This document shows positions 44,332 to 57,424 of a stretch of 64,000 nt of DNA, piece by piece; the stretch's first letter is position 1, and every line of letters starts with the position of its first letter. Under the pieces are notes generated by a model that worked only from the letters and a program-made list of their open reading frames with translations, was not told the DNA's origin and did not search any database. The position numbers and the translations under genes were made by a program. This DNA comes from Halocafeteria seosinensis (lineage: Eukaryota). The stretch spans positions 62,001-126,000 of the forward strand of contig LVLI01000176.1 of the NCBI GenBank assembly GCA_001687465.1, given 5' to 3'.

Positions 44332-46814
44332 CTATACTGCGCATAGATGGGTCACATATTCCTGAATAAGGTCGTTGATCTCTTTCCCTTGGTGGGTCTC
44401 GAAGTAGCACTTCTCTTGAGTGAAAAGATCTCCTACGTGCATAACGAACGAGCTTGAACTATGACCCCAAGTCGGCACTCTCGAGTAAGCGTATTCCGAT
44501 TTGATCTCCCTTGTCTCTGGGTCCAACATGAGTATCCCTTTTGGATTAACAGCCAGGAAAACAGGAGATGGCAAATCCGGCATATTCTGAGGTTCTACGG
44601 AGAAGAATGAAGAGCCATATATCTTCCAGTCTTTGACAATTTTCAAGTATTCAAACATTGCTTGAGCAACACTCTTTCCTTTATGGTTTTGTTCTCTTTG
44701 CGAGACAATGGCCTTAGCAATAGAAGTTATTTTCTTTGGTCCTTCAAGAAGGATACGTTTCGGGATATATCGCCCGAGCTGGCTGTGATCCAATTCTGGA
44801 TATTCGTCTCCGAAATCTACCTGCTGCTGAAGTGCTGCCAGTTCGATTATGCTCTGTTCAGAGCACGGGTATCGACCGATTACAATGTCATAAGTAGCTT
44901 GGAAGTACAGTTCACGATGAGCGTACACATCATCCGGGGGAGGCTCAAGATACAGTACTACTTTGTAAACCAATCGGTTCAGATTGCGTGGATCTCGCAA
45001 ATCATCTTGACTTTGTTCCTCTGAGATTCGTTGCCAGTACGACAGCAGATCCAGTACGGAGTCTTTGGGTTCAAGCGCTCTTTCTTGGGACTCTGCGAAG
45101 GCAAAGATGTGAGATTTTAATGTGAAACAGCGATTCTACATGATTGTTACATACCCGGCAATGCTCCCGCTGGCGCTCCTTTCTTTGGTTGTGAAGGCGA
45201 CATCTCGTAAACGGAGAAAATGTTTGCCGTTTTAATTCCCAGGAGATGAGCCATCATTTCGTTCAGATATTTTGCAGTCATCCAACTTGTAACAGGCACA
45301 GTATCGAAACTTCCGTCCATGTGGTACACTCGCATAAGCACCGGGTCCATTTGCTTACAAGCATCAATTTCACATGCGGAGGGTATCTCCTTTCGAACAT
45401 CGAGAGAAATTGATTTATCGATCCGTGCTAACGAGTACCGCGCATACTCACGGATTCTCGGATTGCTTTCAGATTTCTGGTGCTCATGGCAGAAGGACAT
45501 AATGAAAGGCTGAAAGCTGCTACTTGGGGGAAATACCCCACTGCAAAGACCTAAGAGCTGCCAACCTTTAATAGTCGATTCTTCGTTCGGGTTGTTGGTC
45601 ATTTGTTTGACTAACTGGCAATAAACCTCATCACGCAGTTCCTCAGGGGCATTCAAGCAAGTCTTCAATAGTTTTTCGGCGTGGCCTCCATCTTCCTGAC
45701 AACTTGATGAAACATGAATACTATTATATGAACAGATAAAGTAATTATGACTAGTCAAGTTCTCACTTTTCTTGTTTGTCTGTCTCCCATAAAGCCAGTA
45801 ATATTACGGAAGCACTGAATTGCTGTGGTCTCTAAATCTTTAGCAGGCATCTTGCGCAGGGAGGTCTTAATAATATCAGCTTTCCATGAGAGAATTTTTT
45901 CCACTGTTGTACGCTTGCCGAACATTCCTTTCCGATTCAGGTTCAAGTACTCATCGGCGTACTCATCCATACTTCTGACCTGGAAATCCGGCTGGTTTGC
46001 ATTTAGAGATATGAACTCGGTAAGAGACCTGATCACACATCATTGAACATACAGCTATATCATGACGTATAAACAGGGTACTGGGAGCAAACCACGTTAC
46101 CTGGAATATTGGTTATCCTCCTCCTCTTTCTTAGAGCTTACGGCAAGTTTCTTAGCGTCGACTTCCGCCTTCTTCTTTTCCGATACGTCGGCAAGCTGCG
46201 ATATTTTGGAAAATTTCGAGGCCCGATCAAGGATGTTTTTCTGAGCTGTAGGAATCAAAGAGTTTATAAGTGTCTTCCAATGGCCTAGACATGTCTCCTC
46301 CGTGAGTTCCTTTGATTCTGCAATAGGAGCTTCAGTTGCAGTTCCTTGGGACGGAGTTGCTAAAGGCGACCCTGTCCCTGTGGAGCTTGCTGACGCCATC
46401 ACAGGTTGTGCTTCTTGCCACTCGGTAGGAGGATCCCATTGAGTTTCACTCGTTTCACTGTTCACGTAGTAAGTGCTCTTGTTTGCAGCATCGTAAGCCT
46501 TAATCCAGGGGCCTTGCTGCTCGAGAACCTGAGGTCCGCCTGCTTCCGCTTCTTCCTCATTCGCTTTCACTCTGTCTCATGTGAGCAATTTCCAAAGGTT
46601 ATCAAAATAAAGTGAATTCCACATCTTTTTTTAACCGATAGTACGACAGCTAGACACAGTACATCTGTCTTAAATGTAGGAGAAAGAGAACTTACAGGTC
46701 CGCCGGATATTCCCATGAGGTCTCTCCTGTGACCGGGTTTGCGTAATATGTTTCCCCACTGCCTGGGTCCACAGCGGCGAGCCAATCACCCCCGATAGGC
46801 GTTGGTTCCGACAT
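44332..46814 (-). CDS. WW-WW-MyTH4-FERM protein without a myosin motor; multi-exon
   Basis: WW1 DWLAAVDPGSGETYYANPVTGETSWEYP and WW2 WIKAYDAANKSTYYVNSETSETQWDPP. MyTH4 ELRDEVYCQLVKQMTNNP..GWQLL. FERM YFQATYDIVIGRYP and WKIYGSSFFSV. Confidence 0.9.
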
Positions 46815-47380
46815 TGTCCTTTGAAAGCTACGAGAATAGAACAAGTGGCAATGTATTACGTAGAAAAGCCTTGACTTCTACGCTGTCGGACCGTTCAGCT
46901 GGACTATACACAGTCTCCAGAGACGTAAATTTATTCTTAAACGTATTCAAGGTGTCGCTACCTCGGAATAACAAAATCAATACACTGTGTAACTGGGTAA
47001 ATGGATGCATCCAAGGTTTGTACCCGTATGTGGACTGCAACGAAATGTAGCCGTTGTAGGTTAACTTGTAACGGACCAGATGACGTTGAAGTTAAGTGGG
47101 AATCTCGCAAGTATTTCAAACTTGTCAGAACAGAATCATTGTCAGAATGAGACATGGAAATGCTGACTTCAAAGGAGTAAGGATGAAGGACCGGAAGGCT
47201 ATCTGTCTTGGCAACTGTAACTATTAATCTAGTATGGCGTATGAAGAAGTGCGCTACATACAACATGGTTACAGTAGTGTGGCCTTAACTATGTTGTTCG
47301 TGAGGCCCTTCATTTGGTCAAGCATCCTCCCGTTGTAGGAAGCCTGGCCGGCAGCAGTCTAATCTATCGTGAGAGCGAAG

Positions 47381-50300
47381 CTACCTCCTACTCCCCCATT
47401 CCACTAACAGTGGAAGAATTTTTTCGCCATCTTTTTGGGTGACAAGTAGCGTTGGAATTCTGGCAAATTTCCATTTTGCAGGGTCATCTGACAGGCCGAA
47501 CCCTTGACCCTTGTCTTTTCTGGATCCCGGAACGCAGCCCTCAGTGAAGCCCTTAGAACTACAAGCACCCGAATCATCTATGATTATTGCAGCTAACGCT
47601 CCCATTTCTGCAGCTGTTTTTACTTTTTGCCACAATGGTATTTCACCTCTCCTAAAGACTACGATGCGGTTCTTTAATGCGTAGTAGTTCAGTAGCCCCT
47701 TTGACTCCCATTTGCCCTCACGCTTTCGAGACGGCGGCCCAAAGAGAGGAAAGGAACCCACCATTTCTGCTCTGACGTCGTAGAGTCGAGGACTAAAGTG
47801 GCTAGCCCATGCCTCTATCACAGTGCGTTGCCCTCCATCATGTAGGATGAGCATCTCCGTTTCGTCTGATACAGTTGCCACAGCTCCTGTACAAGGTTGC
47901 GCAATATCTGGGTGGGGCTGCAACAGCTCATGAATTCTTTCGACGTTGGAATCCATAGGGGTCTTGGAGTTTGGAAGTAGTGGAATTCCTAATTCGAGAG
48001 CTGCTCCGCTTCCATCGAGCCCAGAGGCATTGATCAGGTTCTCTATAAACGCCGTCTCAGACAGTTCCTTCGGTATGGTGTCCCTCCCTTTATCTCGGAT
48101 TATGCAGACTGCATGTAGCAATGACAACACATCGGAATTTTTGCGATGTAGTGGCAAGCTGACTCCCATCCTATCACTTGTACTCTCAGAAGACGTAGCG
48201 CAAATATCTTTAGGGTGAAAAGTGACGTCCGAAACACTGTTGCGTCTCAAAGTGTCCGCACCTTGCCATTGGCGTTTTCTATTCCGACGGAGGCGTCTTG
48301 CCAGATCGAGAGACTCCTTGTACCTCCAAGTATGTTCTTCCATTTGGAGATGTGTTGCAGGCAGGACTCCGTATTCGTTGCTGTATGGAGGAACAGCGAT
48401 GACTAGCTAAGCTTACAAGATACTCCTTATTGATACTAAACGTACTGGTTATGGTCAGGAACTGTGCCACGTCCTGTTACTGTAGGCCTAGCCGTTCGGG
48501 CTGCAGACGAACCAATCAAGACTTAGGTTACAATGTGAAAAATCCTACATATTAGAGCAAAGCGCGGTGTCTTACATTGTCTCCCTTTAGTGACTGTGAC
48601 CATGGAATCACCCCAGTCTCCTGGGCCAGCCTCAGTTATGCCACTGACAGTAGCTCGATATGATGCAGGAATTAGTCCTCGGATGATACCGGAGTTTGAG
48701 TTCCCAGGTAGTAAAACACTTTTAAACCACGCTTCGGATCCGTCTTGGTATTGTTGAAAGAGGTTAACGAGGTACGCTAGAACTCTTGCTCCTCCATCTT
48801 GATGGGGGGCTTTCCAAGACACTGTGAGTGCGCATGGACCCTCTGATGCTAGACTGATGCTTGTTGGGGCAGACGCAGGGGCAAGAGGCGAGGTGTATAT
48901 AGGCGGGGTACTTTCCGAGAAAGAAGTTATACCTCCAGACGAGATCGCAGCTACTCTGATAAGGTAGCCTGTTGCTGCCTTCAGATTCCCAATCTTGATG
49001 CAGGGGAATTGTACCCCGTTTCTTCTACAATCGTCTTTAAGTAAATCGCTCCCGACTGGAATAAAGGTGATATCCTTGGCGTTGTAAAATGCAGCCATTC
49101 GGTCTAAATATGTCATGGAGGCCTGTACGTCACCTACAAACTTATTATTGCGGCTGTATTGCAGTAGAGAGTCTTGAATCGATCTTAGCATTTGTTCTTG
49201 AGATAAGCGTCGTGAATCCACAGAGCTTTCTACTTCCTGAACCAGTGCAACATAGCCGAGAATTGGGATTTTCCCATGGGCAGCTGTAGACGCCCGATTA
49301 TCGTTCAGGGGGGTTCTGTGTACCGTCCCGTGCAGCGGGTGCCAGATGACTGTAATCTGGCTTTGAGAGCTACCGATGGGGAGGACTTGTTCAGGACTTG
49401 GGAGTGTCAACTGGTGCATCAACTTGGTCCATTCAAGCTTCCCGTATTTTGAGTCAAATTTATTTGTAGAAAGCTGTCTTAAGCTATCCCTGTTCGCCGT
49501 CGGCGTCTCACTATCTCGTTCCACTTCCTCTTTCTGTACTCTCCTCCGTCTCCTTCTTTCCGCCTTAAGGGCTGCAGCTCCCAAGGGCACAGTCTTCTTT
49601 CCTTGGTGGAGACCGTCCTGTCTCAGCTCCCCTACACGTTTCTTTTTTGTCCAAGTTTCCAACGTCATACTCTCGGGATGTTGCTCTATGGTTGTGTTCC
49701 CGTGACTTTCGATTTTTGCCAGAAGTTTTCTTGCAGCTCTTGATCCGTGAGACAAGTGGCCCAAGTGGCTTTTGGCAACATTCGCATTGGACGGATCGAG
49801 AAAAGCATGGAGTAATAGAGACCCTTCGAGGTTGTAATCAGTTCCTACGTTATTCCAGGCATACGCATAGCCAGAAGGGATGAACACAGTTTGATTGGGA
49901 TAGACACGTCCACGCAAAGGATTACTCAACAGGATTGTAGGGTAGTGATAAACATGCTCCATTTTGGCCGGAGACGACAGCTGCTTCATCATGCGAACAA
50001 TCCTTCTGAACGAAATTATTCCACTCAGGGAAGCATTTTTTTTGCCGGTTCCACATTGCCTGTTTTCCAATTTAACCTTCATTCTCTCAACGCTCATGTT
50101 GCGCAATTCCGGAACCAGAGATTCGCAGTTACTTTCCATTAGGCTTCTTATGACGTTCCGGTGAATATCGCTGTTTCTCTGGACCGCTGTGCTCTTAAGC
50201 AGGCGATAAACGGGGATGGCGACCTCTGGAAGATCTGCCCAAAACTGATGCTCTACAGGTATCTGGGGAAAACTCACCTCGATATCCTTCAAGTTTTCCT

Positions 50301-51591
50301 CGGACGTATCATGCCCCTCAAGCAAATGTCGCAGCGTTTCGTTTAGAATGGAGGTATGCTCTTGATGCTGCCCTGAGACACCTCCGTGATAACTGGGATA
50401 CAGCATATCCGTTTCCTCCAAAGGGAACATCGTCAACTGGATTTCGCGAAGGGGAGTGATCAAAGTATGCATTCCAAGTGGACTGACTTGTACAATTCCT
50501 TTCGAAGATCTCAGCACCCTAGGGTAGGAAGTAGCCAGTGAATTAAGACCTAAACTTTCCGTTTTTCGCGGACGAGAGAGTTGAGGCCGCGCTGGCCAGC
50601 ACTCGTCTTCTGATTCTGGGAGCATCATATGAGATCGTGCACACTCATAGCCGGTGAAGCCATCTGCGTATATTTCTGTATCGATTAACTCTTCAAAACT
50701 ATCTTCATCTTGTCCATTCTTGTCATCCAGCTTCACATCTAAGTCGTACGCATTCACAGCGAGGCGTGGAATTTTGACAGACTTTTGCAAAAACTGCCCA
50801 CACAAGGAACTCTTATTTAACTCTGATACCGCGCATCCTCCTTCACCACACGACTTTAATTCTTCTCGAAGAGCCGTCTCAAGGTCCTCGTTCTGGCTCC
50901 ATTGAGACCATTGAGCTTCGAGCTCGCTCCAGTGAGAATTCTGGTGCTGAATCAGGTGAGGAGTATTGCGCAGGGCGTACTCTGTGAACCAGCGGTCGTA
51001 TGCCAAAGAGCTGTCGTCGACGGCTGCTAACAAATTCAGCGGCTTATGAGGTACTCTTGTAGATTCCCTTATGCGTTCGATTCTTTCTGCCTCTGACTGC
51101 TCTCCTTCGGAGCTTTTCAAGAGAGCATTCATATCCATACTAACTCGGGAAGCAACTCTAGTAACCTCCTCCGATGTTTGTCTCATTCTGTCCCATCTTG
51201 CTTGGGAGGCTGCTCGAAGTTTTACAATTTGCAGCAAAGAATGCTCATACTCATCGCAGTAGTTTCTGTCAAATATAAACGAAGTCTCATCCTCGCGATC
51301 ATTGTTGGCCGCCCAAGAAGTCGGACTATCATAGCACTGACTAACGAGCGATACCACTTGTGTGTACGCTGCATTCAATCTTTCCAACTCCTTTTTAGCA
51401 TTTTTACGGAAACTTGGGACATTTTGTAAGTGGTTAAGCACTCTGGTGATGTTGGAAAACTCATTCCCTGGATTTGAATCCCGGTACGTCGCATTGATTC
51501 TACTTGCTGAATCCTCAACCCCGACGCCGGCGGTTGCCAGCAGGAGTAGGAGTATCAATATCATGCTCAATGGGCAGAAAAGTCTGTCCAT
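47381..51591 (-). CDS. Secreted multidomain protein: signal peptide, coiled coil, degenerate JmjC/cupin, two FN3 domains, PA domain
   Basis: Introns 48501-48575 and ~48381-48445 join the 1022-aa and 320-aa ORFs in frame. FN3 motifs LKAATGYLIRVAAISSGG and VSWKAPHQDGG. PA motifs IVVFRRG..KVKTAAEMGALAAIIID..IPTLLVTQKDGEKI. Confidence 0.75.
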
Positions 51592-51968
51592 TGTCTGATT
51601 TCTTCTTCCTTCAATGCTCCATTCGGTTCATCATCGGGCTGATGCGTTGTGCAACGTGACACAGAACTCTCCACCACGTTCATAGCTGACGTCCGGCAGC
51701 TGTTCCAACCTGCGATGTTTCCAACCGCATTCCTACTACTTGTTTCAGATTTCTGCGTTTGCTTATCAGGACGTTTGGGTCTACAGCGATTTGCTCAAGC
51801 GCTATTTCCTATTTCACTACGAGTCAGAAAAGTTTGTCGTTCTAAACTTCAACTTCAACGTGATGCGAATTTGGGAAGTGACTCAATGGCATATCGTGGT
51901 GATTGTCGGTCCATACATGCTTTGTAGATTTAGTTTCTAGTCACTATTGAGCTCTTTTTGAACCCGAT

Positions 51969-53365
51969 ATGGCACTTGAAACCCCGACGATGAACGAGCA
52001 ACTGGTCGACGACTTCCTGCAGCAAGCTGGAGATAGGTCGTCTAACTCCGTCACAATATTGTTTCAGAGCGCAATAAAGGAGTTAGATGCGCTCAAGGAA
52101 GCACTCACGGTGGCAGCTTCTCCGGACAAGCCGAGTCAGCCGCGAGAAAAAGTTGAGCAGTACATTCGGAGCCGAGCGCAAGTGATTGACCGGGAAATGT
52201 CGAAGTGTGCGGTGATTTTCGGAAGCTCTGGCAACGCTATCGACTACAATAGCATACAGCACGCCGTCGAAGGAGTGTATGTGGATGCATAGACTATGCA
52301 TTAGTTCCCTCGAATGCCTGTTGTTCATTTGTCCTTCTTGACGTCACCCGTGCAGTTTAGAACCAAGTAGACAAATCGTAGCGGCTACGCAGCTCTATCT
52401 GAGATATTTTGGTGAGCCAATGAAGACGGCCGTCACAAGGGCATTGAAAGATATCCTGGAAGCTTCCAAAGGGTCTTTATCGCAATGTGTCATGGAGCAC
52501 TGGGAGAAACTGAAAGACTCGACATCTTCAGTGGAGGACCTTTCCCTCACTGTGAGTCCACTGCAGAAACAGCTGATTGGCCGCATGAGAGAACTATTCG
52601 AACGTGTATCCAAACTACCCCGGTGCGACTCGGAGGCATTACAGTCCTCAGTTAAAAAGGTACGAAGTAAGGGTTTGGATGCTTTACATTGAGCTGAGAA
52701 GACAAGAAATTCTGTGTCGCCTACAGTTGGCAAACGTTGTTTCAGACTCAATGAAAGAGATCAGAGAGTCGCTTCCGGAGAGACCATCAGAAGAAAATAT
52801 TGCAGAGCAGGAAGAGAATCCCCAGGAAGGCGCAAACGAAAGACATCCGGAGAGCGAAGAAGAGGATATCGATGACTTTGAAGACGATGACAAAGTGAAC
52901 CTATCCCATAGAGAAGTGGCAGTATCGTATGAGTGTGTGGACATGTTGAATGATGTGCTATCGCTGTTGCTCAATTGCATAAGCTCCCTACGCTCCGCTA
53001 CGAAGGAATGGCAAAGAATAACTTCTATTATCGAGGGCACCAGCGACCCGTCCACTGTCCACGAAGAAATCCAAGCGAAATTTTCCGAAGACTACAAATG
53101 GTTAAGGGCAACGGAAGAAATGCTGCCTCGATTGGAGGACGCTGTCGTTGACTTCGCATACGCAGCTGATAATCTCGAAGAAGTCTCGAACAATGCGAAA
53201 CAACTGAAGTCCCAGGCTGAAGAGATTATCTCCTTATGGGAACACTACTACGACGCAGGAGGAGAGCATATGCTTTTGGCTAAGCTCTCCATAAGCAATG
53301 AAAAATTGGAGGAGTTGAAACAAAACATTGAGGGACGGCTCTCCTCCATCGAGAAGTATCTGTGA
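51969..53365 (+). CDS. Cyclin-D1-binding protein 1 (GCIP/CCNDBP1)-like helical protein; 3 exons
   Basis: IGRMRELFERVSKLP, VSDSMKEI, an acidic linker EEEDIDDFEDDD-LSHRE, and VVDFAYA follow the GCIP layout. Confidence 0.55.
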
Positions 53366-53385
53366 GGTAAGTTTTGCTGATGCGT

Positions 53386-54464
53386 TCAAAACTTGTCGCT
53401 CATATCTACATCTGGCTCAAGTTCTTTCACCCGAAAGATGTATCCATCGGGATGTTCAAAGAGGAAATCTATATCTAATGGATCCAAGTTGACAGGCTCA
53501 GTCTCCAGCCCCAGGTCTCGAAAGAAGTCAAATGCTGTTCGCAGGTTTGGCACCGAAAATGTGAGAACTGCACCAGAGTTTAATTGAGGTATCTCGGCCT
53601 CCGGATATTCGTAGAGTAGCAGCTCTGCAAGCCAGTGACGTGAACAGCTGGAAATCTGTTGCAACGCAAGGCGAAAAATGACAGAGAACTCACGGGCATT
53701 CAATGGGTCCCCATAATTTAGCAAGGCCATATTCTTGGCGTGCTGAATCGCATCATTGTTGCTCGGTGTAGAATCGTTTTCATCCTGGAGCAGCATCCTC
53801 GGCGCTTGCCATACAGGATCTGCACTGGTGCTGACCGGCTGTTTTTGCATCCCTAGTGGTCCTTCGAATATGCTGAGCGATTTTTCCAGATCTGTGACAC
53901 CCAAGACTATTCCAAGAATGGGGTTCCTACTGAACTTGTGTAGAGCACATAGTGTATTCCCGGACGCATCTGCGAGTAGACTTCCTGTTATGTGCTCTGA
54001 GATCTCCACCGATTTCTTATCTGCGTTTTCCCCCACGTTGTTCCAGATGCACAAAGACAAACATGCACACGAGATTAAACAGTCCTCTACATACAAATGA
54101 TACCTCTCCTGCGTGACGCATTCCATACTGTGGTCTTCAAATTCGAAGTCGTAGCTAGTATAGCGGGGAGGGAAGCTTGAGTACTTCCAGCTGCCTGTTT
54201 GGATTCCTCCTCCTCAGTCTCGTGTAAGCCAGGTTGAATAGCAATGTTGATTCCTCCTCGTACTCCAAACACGTGCCCCTTGTCTGTGGTGGAGGATTTA
54301 GACTCCAGATTGAAACAGTCTCGATAGAATTGGACGGCCTTCTGCACGGGCTGTCGACAGGGAAGTGTAATTTGGTCAATGCGCCCTGGAACAGCTGCAA
54401 ATTGTTGGTTTGATGAGGAGGAGGACATACATCGCCGTCCTCCGTTAAGTAATGCTCGTCTCAT
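53386..54464 (-). CDS. Glyoxalase/VOC-family protein (GLOD4-like) with a mitochondrial presequence
   Basis: Presequence MRRALLNGGRRCMSS. Motifs KAVQFYRDCFNL, IVLGVTDLEKSLSIFEGPLGM and FEHPDGYIFRV. Confidence 0.75.
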
Positions 54465-54490
54465 GATGATACTTAAGTTTTCTCTACAAA

Positions 54491-55033
54491 ATGAGCGACA
54501 ATCCGAATAGAAATGACAAGAAGAGCTTGATGGAGACGGTCCGTACGGAACGAGGCTTCCGAGACCACTTCGATTCCATTGGAAAACTCGCCCAAAAGGT
54601 ACTCGGGAGAGGAGAACGTACAGAGGATGAGGCCCACACACAAAGGAAAACGACGGCTTCGTCATCGTCTTCGTCGAAAGGGGCATTGATTGTGGGATTA
54701 TTTGCGTTTGGAGCGATTGGCACGGCAGCTACCATGTATTACAGAGTGAGAGCTTCCTCCCTTCAGCAGAAAGGAACGCCCATGGCTAGAACAAGGACGG
54801 CAGCGGAAGCAATGCGTGCACGGAGTGGTGCGCATTCCGTAGAGGAACTCACGGAAGCCCAACAGGCCGAAAGGAAGGAGCACATGGATCGTCTACAGAA
54901 CCTTGTTTCACAATGGCAGTATTTGATCATGAGACACCAAAAGCGACACCCCTACTTATACTTGGATCAACAGCACTTGGATCGCCAGAGATCGAAAGGC
55001 GTATCTGCTGCGTCAGAGAATCAGGATAGATAG
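54491..55033 (+). CDS. Single-pass membrane protein, 180 aa, unknown function
   Basis: ORF with a good start context (aaaATG) and a TM segment ALIVGLFAFGAIGTAATMYY. Confidence 0.6.
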   Translation: MSDNPNRNDKKSLMETVRTERGFRDHFDSIGKLAQKVLGRGERTEDEAHTQRKTTASSSSSSKGALIVGLFAFGAIGTAATMYYRVRASSLQQKGTPMARTRTAAEAMRARSGAHSVEELTEAQQAERKEHMDRLQNLVSQWQYLIMRHQKRHPYLYLDQQHLDRQRSKGVSAASENQDR

Positions 55034-55953
55034 ATGAACTGCTCATACTCTATGCGTTCGAGTTTGGTAACCCTCTGAACCGCAACTCCATAAGCGTGGT
55101 ATAACTTATGACACACCGGAACGAGAGGTAACAGCGAGCTATTGGCCTGAGTTAATGCGTACCGGGTAGTTCTCGAACTCTTCGAGCTCGTCTTTGTTGA
55201 AGCGGGGAAACTGGGAGAAGCCGAGGACTCTCTCTGGGAGAGGGTATGGCGTACGCGCATACAGAACAGTATGTGGCGATAAAGTCGGGTGGGATATCTG
55301 GTAGGAATGTGCAGGGTGAGAACTATGTAACTTGTATTGGAATTCCAATATCCAGGACGCATTTGGACAGGGGTTGCCGCTTGCTAATCTCCAGTGATTT
55401 GTCACGTCGACATGGAAGCATGTACAGGCACAATATGTCAGAGTACATATATAGCCTTTATATGTACACAAAAGAGCTATTCTCTATCGTAGGAGATACA
55501 GCGGGCAACTCTGAGTTTGTTTCGTACCAGACTAATCTACACCAAGTAGTTGGAGTATAGACTCTGAGGTGTGAGAACCCATTTATCGTACTCTGCACGA
55601 TGGAAGTGAAACATCGTAGATAAAACAGCCATCACGTAAATCCGAGTGTCTTACTTTGAACAAGAAAACAAAAGAAAAAAGCATAATCCGTTCCTCATGC
55701 AGCTTACTCTCCCAGATAGGACTCTTTATCCTCTTCATCCCTTTGCCTTAAATTTTTTTTCTATCTCTTGAAACCTTGTTTCTTGTTTCTCGGGATGAAA
55801 ATGAGTCTTGCAAAAGCCGCGGTTTTATAGACGTGCAAGGACCAACTTCGTACAGTGATAAACATTTGCCTTTATGTTAGATGTCTTCAAGGCTTGATAA
55901 GTACATTCCTCTGCCTTCGCGCTAAATGTGTATTCCTTATAAAGGTGAGGGCC

Positions 55954-57134
55954 TTATCGCTGGAATTCCGTGAGCATTTCTTGCACTGATGGGAGAACGT
56001 ATGTAGGAATGTGCTCCGTATCATCCTTCTGTTTAACATGCTCCAACTCTTCAGGACTGGTCACACCAGTCATAACGAGCATCGTGGGAAATCCATTACG
56101 TGTACCCCAACTTATATCGGTGTCTAATCTATCACCAACCATTAATAGTTCATGCTTATTAGCATCAATTCCAGTGAATTTGGAAACCAAATGAAATAGG
56201 GTCTCGCTAGGTTTCCCAGCTAGATAGTCATATTGCCTCCCTGTAGCTTTCGTTAACGACGCCACAACCGAGCCACCACCGGGAAGGGTGGCATTCGGGG
56301 ACGGAAACGTAGCATCCGTATTAGTAGCTGCATATACTGGTTAGCAACTCTTATGACATGAAGAGCTAGCGAGAGAGCATGTGCTTACCTATGAACATAC
56401 ACTCTTTGTTGTAGCGAAGATACGAGCATGCTAAAGCTAATTTGTTATAGCAAAAGTGCGAATCAAAGCCAGTCACAACGAGGTCCACTGCAGACCAGAA
56501 CACTACAGGACTCAGTAAATGACGACATCGTTACAACACATGTTCATACCTTCAGGATCTAAATCCGTTTCCGGATGAAAATTGGCGAAATCAAAGGGCC
56601 TTTCGTCATCTTTGCCTAGGATTTCGATACCAACACTCTCTAATTCCTGCGCTCAGAAGACGGTGGATACAATATTCATTAAAATGGTTCCGAGATTCAG
56701 TACCTTACCTGATATATCCCACCTTCTCCGACGACGTAGGCTTTCTTTGCATTGGGTGCCACTTCTTTGATCAAAGCCGCCACCGCGTAGGCGGAGCAAA
56801 AGACGTCTTCGGCTTCGGCTTGTATCCCTAGCACCTTTTCAATCTTATGTAGGTATTCCAGTCGAGATTTCGTTGAGTTATTCGTGACAAAGAGCACTCG
56901 AACACCGGCATTTCGGAGTGCTTCGACCAGTTCTCTGGCTCCGGGGAGGGCATGGCCTCCTCGCCATAAGACACCATCACAATCGAACAAAATCGTCTTA
57001 CGAGACTTTAACATAGGCGATATATTGGGGTCTATCGTGCTCATCTTGTGAATGCTTCTTGCTCTATTCACACCACTCAGGGCCAGTTTTGGTCGAACTC
57101 GATGCAGTACCCACGAATAGCGATGTAGTAGCAT
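55954..57134 (-). CDS. PGP: Phosphoglycolate/4-nitrophenyl phosphatase, HAD class IIA; multi-exon
   Basis: Motifs LFDCDGVLW, FVTNNSTKSR, ATNTD..PGGG, GKPS, MVGDRLDTDI and LVMTGVT. Confidence 0.93.
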
Positions 57135-57424
57135 CGGTTGCGCAATGTGCAGTTGAGAAAATGGGAAATAAATGGTAATAAACCTCAGAAAAAGCCAAAT
57201 ATAGATAGCCATTCTCACTCCGTACGAGTGGTTGTGAAGCTGGAGCGTGGGACTTTCCAGGCGCTTTATTGTGTTTATTATGCATGTATGTTTGTCATTC
57301 CTCGTTCATGAAGCATCTGATAGTGTACATGTATATACGTGATATCACGGTAGAGTGAATGAAAGCATGATACAAGCGTATATGTAGAAAAAAGGATTTG
57401 TGAAGGTGTCAGCCCTGCGCTATT

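Noticed and set aside
46828..47266. Overlapping small ORFs between the PA-domain gene and the WW gene
   Set aside because: Most likely UTR or promoter sequence; no family similarity.
55021..55560. ORFs of ~105-113 aa on both strands downstream of the 180-aa gene
   Set aside because: No motif support and conflicting frames, so a gene could not be called.
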